64,000 nucleotides of DNA, taken from NCBI GenBank assembly GCA_964016885.1, contig OZ024741.1, forward strand, positions 401,822,001-401,886,000, read 5' to 3'. This DNA comes from Eledone cirrhosa. Taxonomy: Eukaryota. The notes under the pieces were generated by a model. The model searched no databases and was not told where the DNA came from. It worked only from the letters and a program-made list of their open reading frames with translations. This document shows positions 26,101-38,100 of the stretch, piece after piece. A program made the translations under genes and the position numbers. How positions within the stretch are numbered: position 1 is the first letter of the stretch; every line of letters starts with the position of its first letter.

Positions 26101-29100
26101 GAGTAAGTAAATCCAACTCGGTAGCCGAGCTTGTTCACACACGTCAACACACGTCTCTCGTATACGAGATGTTATGTGAGATATTATGTGACAGGGTTCT
26201 ATAGAAATAGTGGACAGCTTCCGTTACCTGGGCGATAAAATCAGCAGTGGGGGAGGGTGCTCTGAAAGTACAGTAGCTAGAGTCAGAACTGGTTGGAAAA
26301 AGTTCAGAGAGCTTATACCACTATTAGCTGCTAAAGGGTTCTCCCTAAAAATGAAAGGCAGGTTGTACGATGCCTGCATACGAACAGCAATGTTGCACGG
26401 CAGTGAGACCTGGGCATTGTGTGCAGAGGATATACGCAGACTAGAGAGGAACGAAGCTTGCATGCTCTGCTGGATGTGTAATAGTAATATACGTGAACGG
26501 CAAAGCATAAACGAACTAAGGAAAAAATTAGAAATAAGAGGGATCAGATGTTGTTTACTCGAGAGAAGGCTACGTTGGTATGGTCACGTGATGCGCATGA
26601 AAGTCGATAGCTGTATAACAAAGTGCAGGGCAATAAAGATAGACGGTAGCCACGGAATAGGCAGACCTAGAAAAACCTGGGACGAGCTGATAAATTCCGA
26701 CCTCACACACTTACACCTCTCCAAGACAATGTCACTGGACCGAGACCTTTGGCGGTACTCAGTAACAGAGAAGACCCGCCTTACCTAAATACATAGTAAA
26801 ACCTACTATAGCCAGTAGGCATCTCTAACAAAATACACCCCGTCCCACCACCACCACCCCCACCCCATCCACACCACCCCGTTCAATGTGAAGTTATGTT
26901 GGTGCCGCGCCATCCAGGCCGAAACAAATGAGATCGTGTAGGTGTCACGACAAAAACACACAGTCCACGCTGTAATGTGGCCGTGTAGGCAACACGGTAA
27001 AAACCTCCCAGACCCACACTGTAAATGTGGTTGGTGTTAGGAAGGGCATCCAGCTGTAGAAACCCGCCAGACAGTCCTATGCGAGCAAGACAATCACTCT
27101 TGCCTCAAGTGGGACTACCCCCGTCCAAACCCATGCAAGCATGGAACACGGACGTTAAACGTTGATGATGATGATGATGATGAAAGCCTTTACTGTGAAA
27201 ATACAATAGTATATATAGAGTAATGTAAATGTTATGTGAGATATTAAGTGAGGTAAAGCCTTTACTGTGAAAATACAATAGTATATATAGAGTAATGTAA
27301 ATGTTAAGGGTTAAATTAACTCTTCTTTTTCTTTTTTTCTCCTTTTTTCTTTTTCTTTTTTTTTCTTTTTCTTCTTTTTCTTTTCTTCTTCTTCTCCTCC
27401 TCCCCCCACTCCTCCCTTTCATCACTTGTATTTGCAATCATAATCTTTCAAAAGAATTAAACTGATTATTTCTTTTATTCTATTTTAAACTAATTACTAT
27501 ATTATTATCTCTCTGCTGAATCCAACATTTCACAATCCATATTTTCCTTATATTTACTCTGCAAATCATTTTATTACAGCTAAAGAAAAAGAAAATCATA
27601 ATTCCAATCTTTTCTACCAATATAACATCACTTATGTAAATATTCTCTTATGTTATGTTACAGTATTCTGTGTCAATATAAAGTTATAGTTTTACATGTG
27701 AGATATGTTGACTTCACTCTCAACTTAGTATTGACTTTATAAATTACTGTAACTTAATGAGTTTGTCTTAAGCCTGGAGGCTCATCAAGCCAGTACTTAG
27801 CCCAGTTTCTGTAGTGGGAAGTGACTGAGAGTACAACACTTCCCCTCGACTTATATATACACACATATACATACACCCACACACACACACACATAAAGAA
27901 ACTATAAAGTATTATTTTATCTTATTTCTTCCACTAAGCTAAAACCAGTTGGTTGTCTTGGAGTAGTTGGAGTTCCTGCATTAATTCTAAGTCAGGAATT
28001 GTTGGTTCATCTATCCGTAAACGTACCTGTTACCGAGGAATTAAGGAAGAATGTGCTGGAGAAGCTTTACAAACGATGCCCTGTCAAACAAAACACAACA
28101 CAGTTGGTAAGTATATTTCTTAACTCATGAATTAATCACATTCTCGCAACAGGTGTAGTCAGTCATTGGGGTACATGGCTTAGTGGTTAGAGCATTGCAC
28201 TTGCAATTGAAAGGTTGTTAGTTCAATTCTCAGATCGGGTGATGTGTTGTTTCCTTGAGCAAGACACTTTATTTCACGTTGCTCCAGTTTACTCAGCTGT
28301 AGATATGAGATGATAGGACTGGGGTCCCTATCATTAAATCACCCAAGACACCTCCAACGAGATATACCTTGGAGGAGGCCAGCTAAACCTGCATAGGTGT
28401 GAGCTGTAACAACAACAACAACAATCAAGACTTTGGGGTGTTTGTGTAGAGAAAATACCCTGATGTCCAGCAGTGGTTTCTTTAGAGATGGATGGGTACA
28501 TTGGTTTTCACCTGACTCTTATTATTGCCTCCCAAAACTTTTTCAGCCCCACTCTGGAAACTGCTTCTGCTAACAGGTTAAACTTAGTGTCGCGGTGGTA
28601 AATTTTTGTCTTTTTACTTATAAAAAACAAAAATTTTTGTTTAAAAAAATATACTACTGTATAGATTGACCCTCCGACTAAATTGTCAGTGGGTGGGTCA
28701 TTGAAATTTAATTTTCAGAAAATTTATAACAAATTGTTTTTATAACTATGAATGATAAAATTGAAGCGTTTCCTGCCATAAGTGGAAATGGGAGCGTTGA
28801 AATGAATGTCACTATGACAACAGGGAGTAGTGACTGAGAAAAATCACATGAAAATAAAAGTATGGAAATACAAAGGGCACAAAAAAATATTGAACAAGAA
28901 AAAAACACAACTTCACAAATGAACTCCCCAAGCACAAATCAAGCAATTGAGAACAACAAAAACAACAAAAACAACACTGACAACAACAACAACAACAACC
29001 ATAAAAAATCTTTTGCCACAATAAGCAAAGGAACTTTTACAAATATTGATATTTCCAATGCGAAGGAAATGATCAATGAAGGAAAAAAATATATTACCTT

Positions 29101-32100
29101 CGAGGAAAAAGGGGGATTTAAAATCACCTCTCCGCCATAAATCAAAGCCGACACAATGCGAAGGACTGATTTTTCGCACGATTTTGAACAAACAAAAAAA
29201 AAACAGCTTTGCTTACTCAAGGCGAAATTGAAATCGTCTTGAAAGAGGCAATGCCAGAAATACAATTCATGCAAAAGGCTAAACTATATGGAACTATTTC
29301 GGTGCTCTTCTAAAGTGAGGCCCTTGCAAAACAATACTCAGTGACCTCGGTCACCTCTGCCACACACACCTTTTTCCCTACATACATGGGAAAAAGAACA
29401 CAAAGAATAAACATTTCCAATATACCACCCAACATTAACATCTGATGGATTCTGGCAGGGTTCTTGGAGGAGGATGAAGACACAATACTGTCGATTGAAA
29501 AATCCACAAGAAACACCTGGAACGGCACAAGCTTGGAAATTTTGGTCCAAATGAAACCGAACAGAATTTCCAAGATACCAGAAAGGGTGCCAGTAGACAA
29601 TACAAACTATATACAGATTTCGGCAGAAGGAAAAAGGCCACATTGTTTTAAATGCATAAGCACATCGCATTTAAAGGCCTCCTGTCCCCTCTTACGAACA
29701 AACACCACCACCACCCCCAAAAGAGTACTTTTACCAACACCAACTCCAACACAACAACAACAATACACAAAACAAGCAAACACACAAAAACAAACAACAG
29801 AAAAAACACAAACAAATCCCCTGAAAAACCCAGCCCCACCCCATCCCACTCCATTCAACACTACCACAATCGCACACACAAACACACCATCACCACACAA
29901 CATACCCCTCCCATACGCCTCTGATGACGATTCATCATCAGACGAGACTACTTCTCTATCCCAAAGTGAAGATGTAGGAGAGCCTCGGAAATCAAAAAAA
30001 AACAAAAAAAGAGACACCGCAAAACCCCAAAAGCTCCAATCACCAGTGCACCAATACACAACCAGAGCCACAAACAACAACACAAACAACACCACAACCA
30101 AACCTCCCCCTACCAACAAAACAAACACCAACACCACCCCAAACACAAAAAAGAAAACTCACAGATGAACAACAAACTAAAACAACACAACCAAAACAAA
30201 AACAACAATATACATACATCAACTGGGGGAAACTGAGGGGAAAACTTTTGTAAAAGCAGACTCTCAGCCACACCTAAAACTAATAAGGGTTTTGATAGAA
30301 ACCTATCAGAAATTGAAAGAACAGTTTTCACAGGACGTTGGCAACCCCTGCCAAAAACCAATAAACCGTGTCCTGTTGAAACGTTTGCCCACTCCACTCA
30401 ACACGCCCCACCAGAACTGAAATGGAGATTGAACAACCCGATCTCCAGGAAACGAAAAGGTAAGTGCATTTTTCGTCCTTTTCGCCAACTCTTCTCCACC
30501 AACATGGCTGACTTACAAGTTGGAAGCGTGGATGTGCGTGGCCTAGGGATGCCCTGGAAACAGGGTCAACTTTCAAACGACCTTAGGTCAGATGGTATAG
30601 ATGTAATAGCCATCACCGAGTCCAGGATCCACAACAGGCAGCAACTAACCCCCATCTTCAATGATCTACGCATCTCTCTGTCAGCCGGGAGGTGGAGAGG
30701 GAGTGACTGTCATGTTTCGGAAAAACCTGGATCTCAAAGTACAGCAAGTACACTTGGACCCGGAGGGTAGACTGGTAGTCCTAGACGTGAACAGTATTGG
30801 AGGTGGAGCCTTCAGACTGGTGGCCGTTTATGCCCCAACCGGGCAATCACAATCGCGGCCAGACTTCTTTAAGCGTTTAGAGTCTTTTCTGGGAACGTCT
30901 CACTCCTTGCTTTTAGTGGGGGGCTGGAATGGTATCCTAGATGCACAATGGGACTATGTGGAAGCATGTCCCAGTAGAGCAGAGTGCAACAGCCTCAAAA
31001 CTTTAATCGGCCAATTCCAACTGGCCGATAGATATCGACTAGATTTCCTGACTGCACCACAGTGGACGTGGGCAAACCGCAGCAGGACATCTAGATCGTA
31101 TCTAGATAGGTTTTCCATTAGAAAAAAGGACAAGGAGATGTTAAGCTGTCCACGAATGCACATGGTTGCCTATTCAGATCACAAACTAGTCGTCTGCATA
31201 GTCAACCATGATAGAATACATAGACAAGGACCCGGATACTGGAAGCTGAACATGTCGTTGCCAGCACAAAAAGTCTACAGTGAACAGATAAGTATATTGG
31301 TTAAGCAAGAGTTGACGGGAGCCATCGTCAACAATAGATGGTGGTACTCTCTCAAGAAAGCAATTAGAGTAGAATTGATAGGGTTCAGCAGAGAATTAGC
31401 TTTAGAGAAAAACAAACCAGAAACAGAACAAGTAGCCAAAGTAGAAGAAGCGCTTAGAAGTGGTAACGCAGCTAGAGTGCTAGCATCGAGAACGGCACTG
31501 GACCAGTTCTTCGATGCGAAACACGAAGGCTGCGTGGTCAGAAGTAAATCACGTGCTCTAGGAAACGAGGGAGCAAAAGCTGTTAGCTGGGCCCGAGTGG
31601 CGGAAGCGAAAAGTGGCAACAAGTCCACGATTCGGTCTTTGAAAGACCAAAACGTGCTGCTTGACCCCAGGCAGATGTGCACGGCCTTTCAGGGGCACTT
31701 TGCGCGACTGTTTGAGCAGAATGACAGTGCACCGAACAGAGCAATGGACTTTAGTTCATACTTCAACGGCCTGCCGCGTCTCTCGAGCATGGACGCCGGT
31801 TCTGCAAAAGACCGATCACAGCCACTGAGATAAGGGACGCTCTGGGCCAGTGCGGGAAACGCAAATCACCCGGTCTAGATGGTCTACCCTGTGAGTTTTA
31901 CATTGGCATGCCGGACTTGTTCTCTGGCATCCTCGAAGCCGTCTACTTCAATTGGCAGCAGAACGGGACAATTCCCAGTTCTGCTGGCAAGGGCGTAGTA
32001 ACGCTGATCAGGAAAGACGAGAGCAAGGGGGACGAAATAAACAATTTCAGGCCCATAACTCTGCTCAACACAGAGTTAAAGATTTTGGCCAAGGTGCTAG

Positions 32101-35100
32101 CAACGAGGTTGGCGCTTGTTGTCGAAAACCTGGTAGGGAAAGCACAAAACCGTGTGCAATCCCTACCAGGTCCATATACGACAACCTCCACCTCTTGCGA
32201 TACATCATAGAGAGGATAGGGTGTAAACCTGGCTTCGGTGGGGCTCTGATCAATTTAGATCAATCTAAGGCATTCGATAGGGTCGACCATCAATACTTGG
32301 AAGCGGTTCTCAAGGCGGCCGGTTTCGGTCCCATTTTCAGAGGCTGGATCAAGGCGATGCTCGAAGGTCAAGGTGAATGGCTACCTATTGGAGCCGTTTG
32401 CAATCATGCGTTCCATTCGACAGGGATGCTCTCTCTCCTCCATTCTGTACGTATTGACTCTAGAGCCAAGACTGCAGAAGTTGAAGCTTTTGTAGGGCAT
32501 CCCTTTAGAACTGGGACTGCGAAAAGCGGCGTCAGCTTATGCCGACGCCGTGACGGTAGTGGTGTCGAAAATCGAGGTAATCGGCAACCTACTACAGGAA
32601 TACGAAAGGTTCACAGGAGCAAAACTAAACCCAGACAAGTCTGTCGGTTTGCAACTCGGAACGTGGAGAGGTAAACCGATGACGTCTGACAGCATCGTCG
32701 GACGCTGGACGGAGGGACCGGTGACATTGGTCGGGGTCTGGTTCAGTCCAGACCTCCAGGTGGAGAAAAACTGGAATGAGGTTTACGGCCAAGGTATTTG
32801 TGCTAACCCAGAAGTGGGCAGAGTGCAAACTGTCTTCGAAAGGTCAAGTGGAAGTGGCGAACATTTCATAGTGTCTGTCATCTACTACCACTTGACTGTT
32901 GTGCCTTGTCCCCGTGAATATCTCACCAAGATGGAACGCATGCTCTTCCAGTTCCTGTGGAAGAAGCAGGCTCCACTGGTGAGGAGATCCGTCTGCTGTC
33001 AACACCCTTCCAACGGAGGGCTGGGCATGCCGTGGCTGATGATGCACAAACATGCGCTGAGGCTACGGCATCTCCAGGTATTCCTCACCGACCAACCGGT
33101 GTGGGCGCCGTTTGTGAGACAGGCCTTCCCACAACTTGTCTCGCTGACGGAGCTGCAGTCCTCTGTCAAGCGGGCACAGCAATCAGTGGAGACTCCACTT
33201 CGACATTCTATAGAGTGTTAGTACTTTACAAGTGCGACGACGTGCTTGGGTAGACTCTGGGCGTCGAAGACGACAAGCTCACCAGTCTGTTTGGTAGGAC
33301 TTTCCACCCGGGACCTATGGACAACTTCCAGAGGTCCCTGGCCTGGCAGTGCTACCGAGGAGCTCTACCCGTTCGAGATAAGATCTGCAGGGATCCTTCC
33401 AAAAGGACATGTCCAAGATGCGATCAGGACATTGAAACCATCTTGCACGCAATTGTACACTGCCCAGGCGTAAGCGACCTGTGGAACTACGCAGAACAAC
33501 TGTTGTCGCATGTGGGACAAATCCAGTTGACTGCCGAGTCCATAGTAAGGATCAAACCGCCAGCCTCTTTCAAAAACAAAAGAGAAGCGGTTTTCCTCTG
33601 TACAGTGGCTATGATAAAAGAGGTTATATGGTGGACGAGATTGAGAGGACTGAAGACAGATGCCTTTCTCTCCGGACCGGGTGATGTGTTGTTTCCTTGA
33701 CACTTTATTTCATATTACTTCAGTGTACTCAGCTGTAGAAAAGAGATGATAGGACTGGGGTCCCTATCATACCACTGCAAAGTGGTCGTGGTGGTGTCAC
33801 GGCAAAAAAGCACCCAGCACTCACTGTAAATGAGGTTGGTGTTAGGAAGGGCATCCAGCTGTAGAAATCAAGCCAGAATCAGTTCCCATATGAGCAAGAC
33901 ATGGTCAGCTGACTGGACACTGCCCAGCAATGAAATGATAGGACTGGGGCCCCTATCATTCCACTGCAAAGTGGTCGTGGAGGTGTCACGTCAAAAAAGG
34001 CACCCAGCCCACACTGTAAAGTGGACGCGTAGGCGCCACGGAAAAAAAGCACCCAGCACTCACTGTAAATGAGGTTGGTGTTAGGAAAGGCATCCAGCTG
34101 TAGAAATCAAGCCAGAATCAGTTCCCGTCCCACCCTTGCAAGCAGGGAAAAGCGGACGTAAAATGATGATGATGGTTCCAATCTATTATCTATCAGTGGT
34201 TTTATCAGAAAAACGAGCAAAAATCTGTTGCCAGATCAACTTCCTTAACCGGTGTCTAAAACACATCATTCCTAACACTCCATGTAGACCAGTTAAGTAA
34301 GAACACATCATTCCTAACACTCCATGTAGACCAGTTAAGTAAGAACACATCATTCCTAACACTCCATGTAGACCAGTTAAGTAAGAACACATCATTCCTA
34401 ACACTCCATGTAGACCAGTTAAGTAAGAACACATCATTCCTAACACTCCACGTAGCCCAGTTAAGTAAGAACACATCATTCCTAACACTCCATGTAGACC
34501 AGTTAAGTAAGAACACATCATTCCTAACACTCCACGTAGACCAGTTAAGTAAGAACACATCATTCCTAACACTCCATGTAGACCAGTTAAGTAAGAACAC
34601 ATCATTCCTAACACTCCATGTAGACCAGTTAAGTAAGAACACATCATTCCTAACACTCCACGTAGACCAGTTAAGTAAGAACACATCATTCCTAACACTC
34701 CATGTAGACCAGTTAAGTAAGAACACATCATTCCTAACACTCCACGTAGACCAGTTAAGTAAGAACACATCATTCCTAACACTCCATGTAGACCAGTTAA
34801 GTAAGAACACATCATTCCTAACACTCCATGTAGACCAGTTAAGTAAGAACACATCATTCCTAACACTCCACGTAGACCAGTTAAGTAAGAACACATCATT
34901 CCTAACACTCCATGTAGACCAGTTAAGTAAGAACACATCATTCCTAACACTCCATGTAGACCAGTTAAGTAAGAACACATCATTCCTAACACTCCATGTA
35001 GACCAGTTAAGTAAGAACACATCATTCCTAACACTCCATGTAGACCAGTTAAGTAAGAACACATCATTCCTAACACTCCACGTAGACCAGTTAAGTAAGA

Positions 35101-38100
35101 ACACATCATTCCTAACACTCCATGTAGACCAGTTAAGTAAGAACACATCATTCCTAACACTCCATGTAGACCAGTTAAGTAAGAACACATCATTCCTAAC
35201 ACTCCACGTAGACCAGTTAAGTAAGAACACATCATTCCTAACACTCCATGTAGACCAGTTAAGTAAGAACACATTACTTATTCATTTCTACTTTGAACCA
35301 TTTGTTTCACATTTGAAAAGAGGGTTATAGCCCTGAAATATTGTCTATATGCTTCAGCTTTGGCTTATACCCGTGTGAAGTCGGGTCTTCTGTATTACTG
35401 CGTGATGCCAGAGGTCACGGTCGTGTGTCATTGTCTTTGAGAGGTGTAATTCGGTAAGGTCGACTTTCTCACAATACTTCATATTAACTATACTAGTTTA
35501 TTTACTTCCATTTTCTTCTGTTTCTAGAAACATGTCATGATGGCAGAGTTTGGTCTGAATGTAGCAACCGATGTCCAATTACATGCCTGGATATACGTCG
35601 AGACGTATGTGTAGAATCAGACGAATGTGTTCCTGGTTGTCATTGTCCTATAGGTCAAGTGGAATTATTAGGACAGTGTGTTCATGTAGACAGATGTCCT
35701 TGTTTTAACATTGAAGGATTATCTGTTTTGAAGAATCTCAAATCATCCCAAACACATCCTTGTAGAGAATGGTAAATGTTTCATTATTTTTAATATTGGT
35801 TTCTGATTTAGGACAACAATTTTGGGAAAGGGGAAAGTTGATTAAATCGACCCCGGTGCATTACTGGTACTTTATTTTATCAACTTCATAATGATGACAG
35901 GCAAAGCTAACCTAGGTAGGATTTGAACTCAGATCATAAAGGGGCGAAGCTCTATGCCATAAAGCATCTTGTTTCTGTGACAACATAGTCAGAAGGCCAG
36001 AAACTTGGCCAAGTGGGGTTGGATTGGTTGATTAAATTATCAGGGGTGGGGTGGATTAGTTGATTAAATTATTGCTTGTATCCGCAATCATATTCTTTTA
36101 GTCATTACCCAAGATTCAGGATCATAGGTAAGTGTTGGCACAATTACCAAATTGAAGATTGCGAGTTTGGCTGTTACACCCACCTCCCTTCTTCTGATTA
36201 CTGAATGCTGAAGCTATTGCATTACTGTTTTGTACTCTTCTCTAAGAATGTTAACTTCTCGAAGATTCCAATCTTCCTTGCCATCTCTCTTAGTCTTTTA
36301 ATGATGAAGTACAGTGTCTATTTTACTGAAAAATTGCCGTTTTTGCTAAGTCATTATTGGTTGTTAAAAATTAAAAAATGTGAAAATCTGAGTGGACAAT
36401 GTCAGTTCTGTTCTGTTTTGTGTTCATAGTTTTAAGTTTGGGTAATATTTGATCAGATTTGAGTAAGATTTGAAACTTGTAAAACCTCAGAATTTTACAA
36501 ATAAATTTACTCTAACTTATCCTTTATTAACAGCATTTGCAGTAACAATGGAAAGATTGTATGTCAAGAAAAACCAAACTGTAAGGATGATAGATTTATA
36601 TATTTATTTTATATCAATTGATTTACCATGTATATATACGAGGTGGTTTCAAAATGTTCCTGAACTAGTTATGTTTAAAACAAAATTATATATTTACCTA
36701 AGTTTTACCATCATCTCCTTCGAAATAGTCACCTTGCACAACAATACACCAGTCCCAGCATTCCTGCATCTGTTGGAATCCAGCCTGGAAGTCATTTTCC
36801 GTAAGCAAGTCAAGGACATTCTGTGATTCACTCTGGATCTCGTCAAAGGTGCTAAAACGGCAACCTTTCAGCTGCATTTTCAGCTTGGAGAAGAGATGGA
36901 AGTCCGCATGTGCTAAACTTTGTGAATAGAGTGGGTATGGGAGTGATACAATGTTATTTTTGGTGAGAAACTCACGAGTGAGGAAAACTCAGTGACAGGG
37001 TACATTGTTGTCGTGAAGAATCCAATTCTTTGTACTCCACAGATCTGGTCGCTTTCGATGAACATCCTCACTCAAATGCCTCAAAACATTACAGTAGAAC
37101 TCTCGCTTGATGGTCTGGCCCTGGGGGATGAATTCTCAATACACAATACCACGGATGTTGAAATAAACAATGAGCATACTCATCATCTTCTAGGGACATT
37201 CTTCCTCTTTCAAAGCACCCATACCACTCAAAACATTGTGTACAACCCATTGCCCCATTGCCGTAAGCTTGCCAAAGCAATTCTCAATGTCTGGAGCAGA
37301 CTTACCAAGTTGAACGCAAAATTTCACATTGGCTCTTTGTTCCAACGAAGTGAACACAGCGATGTCACTCGGCACACTAGCGCATGAAGGTCACTGCTAG
37401 CTCGGCACATTGGTGCATGAAGGTCACTGCTAGCTCGACACATTGGTGCATGAAGGTCACTGCTAGCTCTCCCTGTGCATGAAGGTCACTGCTAGCTCTC
37501 CCTGTGCATGCAACTGTGTGTTGCCATCTGTTGGCATGCTACAGAACTAGTCTGGAAACTTTTTGATACCACCTCGTATTTGTAAGTCACATCTCCATTT
37601 TACATACAACATTTACAATGTACCAACTATTTTAAATTGTGATTTTGTAGGTACATTCAATATCCTACATGATGATTTTTCATGGGAAAGGTATATACTG
37701 TATGTTCTTAAATATAAGTCAATTCAACTATAACCTAATATTTTATATCTGAAACATTGGCAACAATCCAAACTCTGAGTATAAACCATTTAGAGGGTGA
37801 GGTTTTGTAATTCTTGTGGAGAATATATTTTTTAAGCTTTAATATTTGGATATTTAAAATGTTTTAAATCTTGTTTAGAGTATGGTTTTTGTTTTACAAC
37901 TCCATTATGTAATGATTTTTTTTTTTTTACTAATTTCCAACTCTTTTGAAGACCTTATTTATTGAATACATAAAAAGACAATAGGAAAAACAAATTTCAC
38001 CTCCAAAGTGAAACAGGTGTAATATCCACCTCCAAAGTGAAACTGGTGTAATATTCACCTCCAAAGTGAAACTGGTGTAATATTCACCTCTAAAGTGAAA

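Larger units (their letters stand above)
20548..26168 (-). mobile_element. Near full-length, inactivated Tx1/L1-clade non-LTR retrotransposon (copy A)
   Basis: ORF1 has a CCHC knuckle. ORF2 has an APE endonuclease, an RT ([35 protein letters not shown]) and a C-terminal CPRC..H...C finger. The 3' end carries AATAAA on the - strand. Confidence 0.95.
20151..27314. mobile_element. TTAA-flanked piggyBac-type MITE (CCCTTTAGCATTTA...TAAATGTTAAGGG) with an internal 72-bp tandem expansion, split by nested Tx1 LINE and RTE insertions
   Basis: Left end TTAA-CCCTTTAGCATTTA at 20151 and right end TAAATGTTAAGGG-TTAA at 27314. The 72-bp unit stops at ~20547, resumes at 26169-26191 and again at 27183. An uninterrupted short copy is at 47983-48157. 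Confidence 0.8.

Noticed and set aside
28168-28245. Possible tRNA gene (A and B boxes present), likewise 48688-48775
   Set aside because: Continues directly into multi-copy SINE bodies; no clean acceptor stem or T-run terminator
34186-35274. 362-aa and 338-aa repetitive ORFs as real genes
   Set aside because: Confined to a 42-bp minisatellite, with no unique coding flanks and no splice context
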